A stretch of 64,000 bases of DNA from positions 1,036-65,035 of the forward strand of contig JAUVIR010000004.1 of assembly GCA_030592645.1 (NCBI GenBank). The letters are read 5' to 3'. Within the stretch, counting starts at the first letter, position 1. Each line of letters starts with the position of its first letter. The notes under the pieces are model-generated. The model was not told the DNA's origin, did no database searches, and worked only from the letters and a program-made list of their open reading frames with translations. Made by a program: the position numbers and the translations under genes. Below, one piece after another: positions 39,371 through 49,407 of the stretch. Source of the stretch: Candidatus Fermentibacterota bacterium. Its GTDB lineage: Bacteria > Fermentibacterota > Fermentibacteria > Fermentibacterales > JCC-6.

Positions 39371-40693
39371 CTAACCTTCCCGAAGAAACAGAAGGTTGAT
39401 TTCACCTGAATCAATGGACATGGATTCATCACTGAAAATGATCCTGCCGTTAACTTCGACCCTGACCGGATGCTCTCCTTCGGGAAGCCTCAGGCGAGCT
39501 ACAAATATCCCGGAGGGCAGTGTCAGCCACGCCCTCAAATCCGCCCGTTCGGTGACTGCCCCGACAATGCTCAAAAGGAGACCTGTAACCTGGGATATTC
39601 CACTGTTCTCTTCTGTAAGCTCCTCTACAATCTGTTCCCCTGCCTCCGCCACGCCTGCCTTCAGTGCCAGCCTGGCGATAGACCTCGCAATATCACGCCC
39701 TGCCTGGTCCTCAAGATTCTTTCTGGCTATGCCCGTAAGATCTTCGGCAAGGAACCCGGAAACCTGCGTGTTTCCCGAAGAAAGGGTCACAGACCAGGAC
39801 TCACGCCGCCGGGCCGCTATAGCCGGAAGAGAGACTCTGTATACCCGATCGTTGAGAACAAAGGTATAGGATTTTTCTACTCTTGCAGGGATCATTCCCG
39901 CTTCGAGGATAACAACTACTTCTCCGTGATCCTGATCCGGGCCATCGTTCTCCCAGCTGACCCCGGGCCACTGCGAGGAGTAATCCTGATAGATAGACTG
40001 CATACCAAGTGTGCTGGATAACCTGAGAATGTCAGATCTTACACGCTGGGGAGCCGGGAGTCCGTAATCTGCCGCATACGAGGAATCGTATACTGAGGCG
40101 CTGTTCCTGTAAGCTATCAGTGCGTTATTGAGATCTCCTGCTTTCTCGTAGAGAATCCCCATGAAGTATCTGATGAACGCATCATCGCTGTACCTGTTCT
40201 TGTTCTCTTCATAACTCTGGTTCAGCACTCGCAGTTTGTCGTTAACCCTTCTGCATTCAACCAGAGCATCTTCCATATTGTTCTGCGAAGCATAACTTAC
40301 CGCTAAACAGTAATTTATAAAAACCTTTTCGTAATCTGCCCCTCTGAATTCAAGAGCCAGATCACTGCTTAAAAATGCCTCTACTTCCTGTCCCAGCTCT
40401 ATTCCGCGCTGCTGATCGCTCAGTCTGTCCGCCTGAAGAAGCAGGTTCTCAGCAGCGGTAAAATCACCTGTCAGCCGCATGAGGTTGCCAAGCTCCATAA
40501 GGTAGAGAAGCCTGTCCCTGCCTGTGGAATCAGTAAAATTCTCCCTGAATTCCTCTATGGCAAGATCAGGCCTGTCCATCCTGAGGCTTGAGGTCACCGG
40601 CCTCATTTCTCTTGTATAATCAGTTGCGCAGCCGGACATCACAACTGCTGATGCAATCGCGACAGTGGTAAACAACCAGGCTGGTTTGATCAT
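39371..40693 (-). CDS. COG3014-like TPR lipoprotein
   Basis: Lipobox MSGC, YEKVFINY, ALVECRR, ADLRAWLTLP. Confidence 0.78.
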   Translation of the reverse strand: MIKPAWLFTTVAIASAVVMSGCATDYTREMRPVTSSLRMDRPDLAIEEFRENFTDSTGRDRLLYLMELGNLMRLTGDFTAAENLLLQADRLSDQQRGIELGQEVEAFLSSDLALEFRGADYEKVFINYCLAVSYASQNNMEDALVECRRVNDKLRVLNQSYEENKNRYSDDAFIRYFMGILYEKAGDLNNALIAYRNSASVYDSSYAADYGLPAPQRVRSDILRLSSTLGMQSIYQDYSSQWPGVSWENDGPDQDHGEVVVILEAGMIPARVEKSYTFVLNDRVYRVSLPAIAARRRESWSVTLSSGNTQVSGFLAEDLTGIARKNLEDQAGRDIARSIARLALKAGVAEAGEQIVEELTEENSGISQVTGLLLSIVGAVTERADLRAWLTLPSGIFVARLRLPEGEHPVRVEVNGRIIFSDESMSIDSGEINLLFLREG

Positions 40694-40757
40694 GATTGGG
40701 ACATCTCCCCAACAGGACAGTTCATTCAGATACTCCGAAGTACTCGGAGAAAAGTTC

Positions 40758-41360
40758 CTACCACTCGATCATCTTCTTGATCTCGAGACTGCCTATCCAG
40801 GATTTAAGTGCAGTTTCGACGTCTATGAGTTCAAGGCTGATCTGGTAGTAAATACTTCTGGTACTGCCTTCTTCATCAACTATCGACCCGATACTGCCTG
40901 TCATTACAAAGTCTGCACCGATCTCATGGCCAAATGCGGCAGCAGTTGCAGGTGAGGCGAAAATGGTCTGATCCGCTCTTTCAGCCCTGACTTCCCCTCT
41001 GCTGTCTCCGCCGGCTGCAATCTGAGCCCTGCCTGATTCCAGAAGAGACTGTTCTATCGCATTCATGAAGATATCTGTATTTATGTGTTCCGAACTCTCA
41101 TTGTAGATTCCGCCTACAACAATGACAGGTCTGGCTTCTGAAGCCCCTCTTCCTGCCCTGGAGGAAAATTCCGAAAGCCATGTACCGCTGAGGCAGTGAA
41201 TAACCATTGTATCAGCCACCATGTGGGCATCAGTTTCGTTCCAGTAACCGCTGAGATCGGTTACCGTGTCCGGATCGGTCCGGGTAACTTCTCTGCCTCC
41301 GCAACCGATAATAAGCACAGTTACAGCAGAAATTGCGAGGATCTTCAATAAATTACTCAT
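40758..41360 (-). CDS. LpoB-like (COG3417 / CsgG-like fold) lipoprotein
   Basis: Lipobox IIGC, DLSGYWNETD, NESSEHI, GADFVMTGSI, YQISLELID. Confidence 0.8.
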   Translation of the reverse strand: MSNLLKILAISAVTVLIIGCGGREVTRTDPDTVTDLSGYWNETDAHMVADTMVIHCLSGTWLSEFSSRAGRGASEARPVIVVGGIYNESSEHINTDIFMNAIEQSLLESGRAQIAAGGDSRGEVRAERADQTIFASPATAAAFGHEIGADFVMTGSIGSIVDEEGSTRSIYYQISLELIDVETALKSWIGSLEIKKMIEW

Positions 41361-41383
41361 ACTCTATTCCTTTCCGTTTAAGT

Positions 41384-42238
41384 TTAAATCTGTTCCATCC
41401 AGGGTATCGGAACCACTCCCCGGAAAATTACGTTGTAGTACCCGCTCTCCCTCAGCGCTGTTCCCTTAAAAGGAGGGTTAAGGGGCTTCAGTATCAATGC
41501 GTACGGTGATTGCATATCTGAGATCGTATCGGGAGGCTGCTCCCACGCATCGCGCGTCCATTCCCACATTATACGATCCTCAGGTGCCTGATTTTCGGAG
41601 AACATGGCCAATCCTGCAGGAGATGTTCCTATGATGCCTGAAAGGGTCATGGATATGAAATCGGAATAAGCGTTCATGACTTCCCATGTATCTTCAATTC
41701 CAATTGCTCCGGCCTCCACAGCGGCAGCTATTTCCACCCTTGTGGGAAGTCTTTTACCGTTATCACCAAGGTAGAGCCTTGCAGCATCGAACGTCACTGA
41801 TGTAGCAGGGATATCAAAACACCCGGTCTGAACTGTAACGCCGGTTACTCCGTTTTGAGCGTTCTTGTAGATGACCCAAGGGGTATACCTGACGAAAACG
41901 ATATTCCTGAAATCTTCTCCCATGTTCTCACCTGGCATCAGCAGTTCTTCCTGTCCGGTGATGTAGATCGGGATCTGTTCTACGTAGGATATCTCTTCTG
42001 CGAACCAGTCGAGAATATCTCTGCAGATGACGGGTTCTCTATCAATAAAATAGGGAGCGACATGGATACTGTCTCCGTCAATTATGACGGTTGCGGGAGC
42101 TATATACTCCATACCAGGAGGGGGCACGGGGAGATAGCAATCAGTACAGAATTCTCCGTCGTTTTCTGTACTGCATGCAGGGCAGGTCCATGCGGAAATA
42201 ATTGATACCAGAACAAATAACAAATAAATCACTTTCAA
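41384..42238 (-). CDS. Exported protein with zinc ribbon and FGE/SUMF1-like domain
   Basis: Signal peptide, WTCPAC..FCTDC, FIDREPV, GKRLPT, WEWT, FRGV. Confidence 0.65.
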   Translation of the reverse strand: MKVIYLLFVLVSIISAWTCPACSTENDGEFCTDCYLPVPPPGMEYIAPATVIIDGDSIHVAPYFIDREPVICRDILDWFAEEISYVEQIPIYITGQEELLMPGENMGEDFRNIVFVRYTPWVIYKNAQNGVTGVTVQTGCFDIPATSVTFDAARLYLGDNGKRLPTRVEIAAAVEAGAIGIEDTWEVMNAYSDFISMTLSGIIGTSPAGLAMFSENQAPEDRIMWEWTRDAWEQPPDTISDMQSPYALILKPLNPPFKGTALRESGYYNVIFRGVVPIPWMEQI

Positions 42239-42291
42239 ATCGATACTCCTCCGTACTATTTCATGATGCTATGGAAAATAATCCATCCCCA

Positions 42292-45200
42292 TCAGAATTC
42301 AGCCCCGATGGTAACATTGTATTCAGGCTTGCGGGAAATGCCGCGAAGATCCGTACGCCATGCGATATCATGTTTCAGAAGAAGGTAACCGAGGTTGATC
42401 CTGTATCCGGTTCCCAGGCTCATCTTCAGATCATCAAGATGGAAACCTCCTGTGGTGGAAGCTCCATGAAAACTGGAAATATCATCGAGGGCACACCCCA
42501 GATCAAAGAACAGAACACCTCTTCCATTTCTGAAAACAAGCGGAAGGGGGGCATCAAGCGCAAGAGTATTCACGAAGGGCACTCTCAACTCACCTGTAAA
42601 GATGCCATACCGGCGTCCCTGAATAGTGGCGTAATCGTACCCCCTCAGGATATCACCCTGGTTTGAGTAAAAACCAAGCAGTTCATTTATGGTATCAACT
42701 TCTCCCCACAACAGCCTGTGAGGTATCGCGCCTCCAAGGAAGAACGTTTGCGCATCTGGCCCCCAGCTTGTTCCACCTGCAAGCCTTGTGGCGAATGTCA
42801 CTCTCTGGGACACCCATAAATAATTCCTGAGATCAAACAATATCGTACCGTAACTTGCTGATCCTGAAATAGATGGGGCATATTCAGCTACGATGCTGAA
42901 CCTGCTTCCGACCCGCGGTCCCACACTTCCCCAGAGGGCGTTATCAAAGACGACCCCGGCCTGCATGGAAATGATATCCTCATCAATATCAGCTGTAGAA
43001 TTCCAGGTTCCGGTTCGACTTAAATGCCTGTACTCCAGAGATCCGGTGACCCGCAGTGATGGGCTGAACGGATACCTGACCATAGCAAATCCGCCCATAT
43101 CAACATCTCTAACCTCTTCGTAATGGCCATCGGAAAATCTGAACAGATGCCTGTAGGATTGCCGCATAAGACCGAAGACATAATCGGTGCGATGGGGGAG
43201 ATAACCATAAAATACAGCCACATCCACATCGCTGAGACTGCCTCCGTTCAGGTTTGTATTCACCGCGATCTGGTGGTGAGCGAGAATGTCGCTGAGAATG
43301 AACTGAAAATAACCGGCAACACCAAGATAAGAGTCGTACGCTGCCATAGCGCTCGCGTAATCTATTGTCAGTCTCGGTGAGTAGGGGGAAATACTGCACA
43401 GGAACTCATCCTCGATGCAGGGAACAGATACATCCTCATCTGATGCAGGAGCTTCATTCGAAAGCTCAGAAAATGCGGTCGGAATCCCGGATACTGATCG
43501 AACACTCTGTTCTGATGTTGAATCATCAATTGGATAATACTCAGGAATGAGCCTGTTTTCCGCTTCGGCAGTGGTTACATGATATGATCCATGTTCACAT
43601 GCAATCACCCTTCTGTCCGTAATGTCGTATGCAAGAAAAACCCCGCTTCCGTTCCAGTCACTCGATACGAAAGTCAGGATATTGGTGGAAGAAGCCCAGG
43701 AAGGGGAATCGATGGTCCGGTAAAGGGCTGTAAGACGGACGATCTCATCGGTTTCTTCCGAAAGCAGGTAGAGATCAGGGAAACCGCTCATGTTTGACAT
43801 AAAGATAATCCCGTCCGGAACGCTGATGGGATACCTGATTTCGGAAGAATCAGCCAGTACAGTAACGGATTCTCCCTCAAGAGTGTATTCGATTATTCTC
43901 GTTTCTCCATCGGATGATTCAGCAGCGCAAAGGATCCTGTCATCGATCCAGGAGAGGTCTCGTTCACCTGATATGTCATCGTTTATCTGCGACAACTCCT
44001 GCTCCTGAATATCCCAGGCGTAAATATTCAGCAGACCGCCGTTCATACCTGCGAATCCGATGTATCTGCCGCAGGGAGACCAGGCCGGATCACGGATCAG
44101 CTCCATTTCAAAGGGGAGATTTTCCTGCTTTCCATCAGAACAGATGATCAGCTGATCTCCGGAAACGTACTGCGCCGCAACAACTATTGAATCAGCAGAC
44201 GGGGAAAAACTGCATACCCTGTACATAGGTGATACTGAGACATCAGAGATCCCTCCGGATACAAAAGATCTTTCCTCAACTTCACCCGTTACGGCTGATC
44301 TTACGGTCACTGCCAGGTGAGCATGATGAAATTCGACACCGGCAATGAGCCTCCCGTCAGCTGATACTATGGAATTGATCTGCATTATTCTTTCATCATC
44401 CCTGTAGATGGCATTTGCAATATCACTGGGACTTTCGCCGCAGGCCAGTTCCGACCAGTAGGTTTCCCGGGCCCATTCCAGGAATTTTTCACTGAATTGA
44501 GCACTGGACATGTCGAATACCGCGTTGAAGGGATCTCCGGATCTTCGCTCTGCATCTGAAGAACCATCCGATTCTGTGCTTGCAGTATAATCCCTCCCGC
44601 TTCGAATGTTGATTCGCTGAACGAATTCCCTGTATTTTTCCTCTCCATATCTTTCGTTCATGAAATGGTAGATCGCTTGACCTTCGCGGTAGACAAGGTA
44701 ATCATTTCTTCTGGAAAGCTGATCAATTGGAACGATCTGATAGGATATGACCATATCTCTGAATTCTGCTTCAGAAGCAGCATCCCAACCTATGGAGGTG
44801 TATTCTGCAAGACCCTCCATCATCCAGAGGGGTGTTCCTCCGGTGATAATGTTAATCAGGGAACGCCTGTAAAGCATATCAAAGATAAAAGCATGGTTGA
44901 GCTCATGGGCAATCACATGGCGAAACTCTGACCAGTAACCTGTGAAGGGGACTACAACTCTGCCTTTGTAGAACTCCGTGAATCCCCCGACTGCCTGTGA
45001 TATTTCGTATGGATTGATATCGGTCTGTCTGAAGTCGCCTGGAGAAACATAAAGCACGATAGGAATAGGTTCCGTCGGCATGTAATCGAATTCCTCGGAT
45101 AGTTTCAGCAATTCTCTTTCTGTATGTACTAAAAGAGTCTCAGCCGGTATTTCTCCACCCTGAGGAAAATATATGGTGAAATGCCTGCCGTGAATCTCCC

Positions 45201-45300
45201 ACCATTCCTGGTTTCCTATCTGAACCTTGTTGCGTCCATAAGAAGTTGCGAAACAGATCGAGAATAAAACAGGAAGAAACAGAATCAATGCCTTTTTCAT
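42292..45300 (-). CDS. Omp85-family protein with N-terminal HExxH peptidase and TolB/PD40 beta-propeller
   Basis: YGRNKVQ, HELNH..W.MEGLAEY, PAWSP repeats, LRGY barrel motif, C-terminal IGAEF; ATG 45300 begins the signal peptide. Confidence 0.82.
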   Translation of the reverse strand: MKKALILFLPVLFSICFATSYGRNKVQIGNQEWWEIHGRHFTIYFPQGGEIPAETLLVHTERELLKLSEEFDYMPTEPIPIVLYVSPGDFRQTDINPYEISQAVGGFTEFYKGRVVVPFTGYWSEFRHVIAHELNHAFIFDMLYRRSLINIITGGTPLWMMEGLAEYTSIGWDAASEAEFRDMVISYQIVPIDQLSRRNDYLVYREGQAIYHFMNERYGEEKYREFVQRINIRSGRDYTASTESDGSSDAERRSGDPFNAVFDMSSAQFSEKFLEWARETYWSELACGESPSDIANAIYRDDERIMQINSIVSADGRLIAGVEFHHAHLAVTVRSAVTGEVEERSFVSGGISDVSVSPMYRVCSFSPSADSIVVAAQYVSGDQLIICSDGKQENLPFEMELIRDPAWSPCGRYIGFAGMNGGLLNIYAWDIQEQELSQINDDISGERDLSWIDDRILCAAESSDGETRIIEYTLEGESVTVLADSSEIRYPISVPDGIIFMSNMSGFPDLYLLSEETDEIVRLTALYRTIDSPSWASSTNILTFVSSDWNGSGVFLAYDITDRRVIACEHGSYHVTTAEAENRLIPEYYPIDDSTSEQSVRSVSGIPTAFSELSNEAPASDEDVSVPCIEDEFLCSISPYSPRLTIDYASAMAAYDSYLGVAGYFQFILSDILAHHQIAVNTNLNGGSLSDVDVAVFYGYLPHRTDYVFGLMRQSYRHLFRFSDGHYEEVRDVDMGGFAMVRYPFSPSLRVTGSLEYRHLSRTGTWNSTADIDEDIISMQAGVVFDNALWGSVGPRVGSRFSIVAEYAPSISGSASYGTILFDLRNYLWVSQRVTFATRLAGGTSWGPDAQTFFLGGAIPHRLLWGEVDTINELLGFYSNQGDILRGYDYATIQGRRYGIFTGELRVPFVNTLALDAPLPLVFRNGRGVLFFDLGCALDDISSFHGASTTGGFHLDDLKMSLGTGYRINLGYLLLKHDIAWRTDLRGISRKPEYNVTIGAEF

Positions 45301-45377
45301 TTGACCTCCAGATAACACTGTTCAGGCATTCGTAGTTCGACTATACTGCCAGGGTTCCCGCTCGAACAGGAGATACA

Positions 45378-45698
45378 ATGCGAATATACTTAAATGTCAT
45401 GATTCCGCTCATGATCGCTCTTTTTACACTGACATCCTGTGATGAACCGGATTCCTACAGTGCTATTTCAGATAATATGAAGAGTGAACTTCGTGAATGG
45501 GCGGGAATCCTCGCGAGGTACTGGATTCTGCCTCCGGGCGACAGCCTAAGCCCCGGGAAACCGGAGGACGCTGAATTACTCTCTCTGATACAGTCCTGCG
45601 AATCGAATCCGGAAGCGTGGGCTTATCTTTACAGCTGTATAGCCGACACTATAGCTACACTGGAACCTCCATTACCAGCATGCCAGATACCGGATTAG
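45378..45698 (+). CDS. Hypothetical lipoprotein
   Basis: AGGAG SD and lipobox LTSC. Confidence 0.7.
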   Translation: MRIYLNVMIPLMIALFTLTSCDEPDSYSAISDNMKSELREWAGILARYWILPPGDSLSPGKPEDAELLSLIQSCESNPEAWAYLYSCIADTIATLEPPLPACQIPD

Positions 45699-45707
45699 CA
45701 GGATATT

Positions 45708-48700
45708 ATGTTTAATGTAATTCCTCGTCCAGTTCAGGAACTGTACCTCAATAACGGGAAATCATCAGCCGGTGAAGGAATCATTCTGTATGCGGATATT
45801 TCAGGTTTCACTTCTATCACCGAGTCACTGCTTGAACACGGGAAAAAGGGTGCGGCAGTACTATCCGGGATACTGAACAAGGTATTTTCAAGAACAATAT
45901 ACGAAATCTACAGTAGTGGTGGGATAATAGCTGAATTTGAAGGGGACGCAATAATCGCTGTTTTTCCTGTCAGCAGTCCTGAAGCAGCTTATCATGCAGC
46001 CACTTCTCTTCAACGATATTTTGAGAGGGAAGCTATCTGGAAAACAGATATAGGCAAATGGCCAGTTTCGGTTAAACTATCCATCTCCTATGGACAGGTT
46101 GAATGGGGTATTATTGGCAATCGCAGGCTGGCATACTTCATTCAGGGTTCCGCTCTTGAAGCGGCAGCAAGAACCTCAGCTGACAGCAGTGCGGGTACTA
46201 TCGGTATTCAGCCAGATTTCTCAGATCTTATCTGGAATAAATACGGCAAATCACCGGATGAACTTACCGATACCGGTATCAAAAGAGAACAGTTAAGCTT
46301 GCGTCGAATACTGAAGAGCGTCGCGTCGAAATTCGTTTCGGAAAACGTACTGTCAAGCAGGCTGACTGGTGAGTTCAGATCGGTAACTCCTGTCTTTATT
46401 GATATCAGAAGTAAGGATGACAATGATTTTCGCGAATGCGTATCACTTATTCTTTCTACCGCCTCCATTTATGGCGGTGAGCTGAACGGGCTGTACTGTT
46501 CTAATCATGATTACGCGACTGCCCATGTTCTTTTCGGTGCACCTGTTTCATGGGAAAACAACACTTCCAGAGCTTTCGATTTTTCACAGAAGCTGCTTGA
46601 TGAACTTGGTAATTCCATTCGTGCAGGTATCTCGGAGGGAACTGTCTATGCAGGTATAACCGGAAGTTCTCAAAGGTGCGTATACACAGTTTACGGTGAT
46701 ACGGTGAATACAGCTGCAAGGCTTGTATCAATAGCGGAATACGGAGAGATACTGGTCACGGAAAAAGCGATCGGAAATAAAGGGCAACGGTATACATTTT
46801 CAGACACCAGACGCTGGTTACCAAGGGGCAAATCAGACGACATTCTTATAGGCAGACTGGACATTCTTAAGACCGCCAATGTCAGGAGAGCCCTTACCGG
46901 AAGGATGTTTGGGCGCTCCTCGCAGATGCGCCTTCTTACCCATTGCATCGAACCGGTATTGCAAGGGAGTTTCGCCGGTGCTGCAACGGTATACGGTGAG
47001 CCGGGCATAGGAAAATCAAGACTGCTCTTTGAAGTCGCACAGACATTCTCCGATCGCTGTCGAACCTATACAATGAAGTGCGATGATATTCTGAAAAGAA
47101 GCCTCAATCCGTTCGTTTACTTTCTTAAAGACCTTTTCGGGCAAAGTGAAACAGGAAACAAAGCTCAGAATGCTAAAACATTCAGTGAAAGAATGGAAAT
47201 TATTGTCCAGGATCTCTCGGCTGCCGCATCGACAGAGGATGATAATATCCTTTTAACTGAACTTGAAAGAGCTTCATCGATAATAGGCTCGATCCTTGGT
47301 CATTTCTGGAAGGATTCTGTTTATTCAAAACTAGCTGTTGAAAGCAGATTAGAGAACACCGCTCTGGCCTTGAAAACACTTGTAAGTGCCCTCTCCCGCA
47401 CAAAACCCACCATATTCATCATCGAAGATCTGCACTGGATGGATAACGATTCCAGAAAGGTTATCCGCATAGTGACCAGGAGTGTTGAAGAATACCCCTT
47501 CATAATTCTCTTCTCCAGCCGTTACTTCGATGACGGCTCCAAACCTCATGTTCCTATCGATCAAACTGCTGTTGCAGTTTCAATTGATCTTAAAGGTATT
47601 GACAGAGATTCCGTCAGGGGGATAATTCTGGATAGAATAGGAGCAGAACCAAGTGCCAAACTTGCCGATTTTATACTGAGTAATTCTTCAGGTAATCCTT
47701 TTTATACCGAGCAGTTCTGTCTCTATCTGAAGGAATCCGGTCTTATTTCCGAGAAATCCGGCAGATATTATCTATCCTCAGGGAAGTATGATATTCCATC
47801 TGGCATCAAATCCATTCTTGTTGCGCGAATGGACAGACTCCCGCGTAGTGTCAGGGAATTTCTCCAGACAGCTTCCGTGCTTGGTCAGGAATTCAGTGTC
47901 GATACACTGAACCTGATCTCCGGAAAATGGGGGAAGCAGGAGCTGCTCGATGAAGGAGAGCGACTTCATCTCTGGTCACGTCAGTCCGGTTCGGTATTTG
48001 CTTTTAATCATGCTCTATACCGGGATACTGCATACGGGATGCTTCTGGGAAAGAGCCTTCATAGACTACATTCAAAGGCTGCCGAGGTTCTGATCGAGAT
48101 CCATCGAAACGATCCTGAACCGTCAGCCGGTGAGATTGCCCTGCACCTTGGAGAATCTCTTCAGATATCCAGAGCGATCGACTGGGGCTGGAGAGCCCTC
48201 TGCTTTGCCGTGGAAAGCTACAGGGACAACGATATTCTTGAATGGTCCGACAAACTGAAAGACTGGTTAATCTCGATATCTTCAAAGGGAACCCGGAACG
48301 GACTTCTCATGGATGTGCTTCTGAAGAAGGATTCGGTGCTGTATTCCATGGGTAACCGGCAGGGCCAGAGGAAGAACATAGATCTGATGACAAAAATCTG
48401 TCAGGAGGAGAACTGGACACACCGGGCAGCAGAGTTGTTCAAAGTAAGAGGCGCCCTCTCATGGAAGACCGGTGATCTTGACAAAGCTTTCAGCCTGTTC
48501 GAAAAAGGCCTGGAGAGAGCGAATGATTCATTGGATTCTACAATCAAGGGCAAGCTGTATGGCAACATAGCAAATCTCTTTGCCACCAGAGGCAACGATC
48601 CCGAAGCTGGAAAGTACTACGACAGGGCACTTGAAATCCATAGGGAACTTGCCAGCCATAGAGAAGAAGGAATAACCCTCGGTAATCTGGCGATACTTCT

Positions 48701-49343
48701 AAGAAGAAACGGAAGAATCGATGAGGCCAGGAAGTGCTACGAAGAGGCTCTGACTCTCCATAGAGAAACCGGAAACAGGATCGGTGAGGGAAGGATACTC
48801 TGCGGTCTGGGCCACCTGGAAGAAGAACCTGAAGATGCACTGGCATGCTACGAAGACGCCCTGAAGATAAATCGCGAGATTGGAGACAGGCGCAACGAGG
48901 CCATCATCCTCAGCAATCTGGGCAGAATAGAAACCATGCAGGAAAAGTACGAAGCGGCAGCAGAACATCTTGATCAAGCGCTGGTGATACACAAACAAAT
49001 CGATAATTCAACCGGTGAGTCGGACACTCACTGCCTGTTCGGTGAGATGTTCTACTTCATGAAGAAGTGGAGTGAAGCTAAAAAGCACTTCATCGAAGCC
49101 ATAGATATAAGCAGGAGAACCGGGAGCAGCAGGCAGGAGTGTATCTATCAGGGATTACTGGGACTTGTAAACTTCGAAGATGGCAGCATCAAAGATGCAA
49201 TCGATTGCTACAGCAATACATATAAACTCATAATGAATCATCAGTTCCCCAGTTCAATAGATGATTCCCTTCAAATGCTCCGGGACAAACTACTGGCAGA
49301 AGGAATAAGTGAATCGGAAATACCTTACCCGGATCACTGGTGA
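45708..49343 (+). CDS. Class III adenylate/guanylate cyclase (two domains) - STAND AAA ATPase - TPR protein
   Basis: ADISGFT and EGDA in domain 1; GDTVNTAARL in domain 2; Walker A GEPGIGKS; Walker B IIEDLHW; GNPFY; C-terminal TPRs. Confidence 0.88.
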   Translation: MFNVIPRPVQELYLNNGKSSAGEGIILYADISGFTSITESLLEHGKKGAAVLSGILNKVFSRTIYEIYSSGGIIAEFEGDAIIAVFPVSSPEAAYHAATSLQRYFEREAIWKTDIGKWPVSVKLSISYGQVEWGIIGNRRLAYFIQGSALEAAARTSADSSAGTIGIQPDFSDLIWNKYGKSPDELTDTGIKREQLSLRRILKSVASKFVSENVLSSRLTGEFRSVTPVFIDIRSKDDNDFRECVSLILSTASIYGGELNGLYCSNHDYATAHVLFGAPVSWENNTSRAFDFSQKLLDELGNSIRAGISEGTVYAGITGSSQRCVYTVYGDTVNTAARLVSIAEYGEILVTEKAIGNKGQRYTFSDTRRWLPRGKSDDILIGRLDILKTANVRRALTGRMFGRSSQMRLLTHCIEPVLQGSFAGAATVYGEPGIGKSRLLFEVAQTFSDRCRTYTMKCDDILKRSLNPFVYFLKDLFGQSETGNKAQNAKTFSERMEIIVQDLSAAASTEDDNILLTELERASSIIGSILGHFWKDSVYSKLAVESRLENTALALKTLVSALSRTKPTIFIIEDLHWMDNDSRKVIRIVTRSVEEYPFIILFSSRYFDDGSKPHVPIDQTAVAVSIDLKGIDRDSVRGIILDRIGAEPSAKLADFILSNSSGNPFYTEQFCLYLKESGLISEKSGRYYLSSGKYDIPSGIKSILVARMDRLPRSVREFLQTASVLGQEFSVDTLNLISGKWGKQELLDEGERLHLWSRQSGSVFAFNHALYRDTAYGMLLGKSLHRLHSKAAEVLIEIHRNDPEPSAGEIALHLGESLQISRAIDWGWRALCFAVESYRDNDILEWSDKLKDWLISISSKGTRNGLLMDVLLKKDSVLYSMGNRQGQRKNIDLMTKICQEENWTHRAAELFKVRGALSWKTGDLDKAFSLFEKGLERANDSLDSTIKGKLYGNIANLFATRGNDPEAGKYYDRALEIHRELASHREEGITLGNLAILLRRNGRIDEARKCYEEALTLHRETGNRIGEGRILCGLGHLEEEPEDALACYEDALKINREIGDRRNEAIILSNLGRIETMQEKYEAAAEHLDQALVIHKQIDNSTGESDTHCLFGEMFYFMKKWSEAKKHFIEAIDISRRTGSSRQECIYQGLLGLVNFEDGSIKDAIDCYSNTYKLIMNHQFPSSIDDSLQMLRDKLLAEGISESEIPYPDHW

Positions 49344-49407
49344 TAAAATGAACTGTCACTGTTAAAGCTGCTTCTGTTTGTGATTCTTTAACTGTGTCTG
49401 GAGTGAA

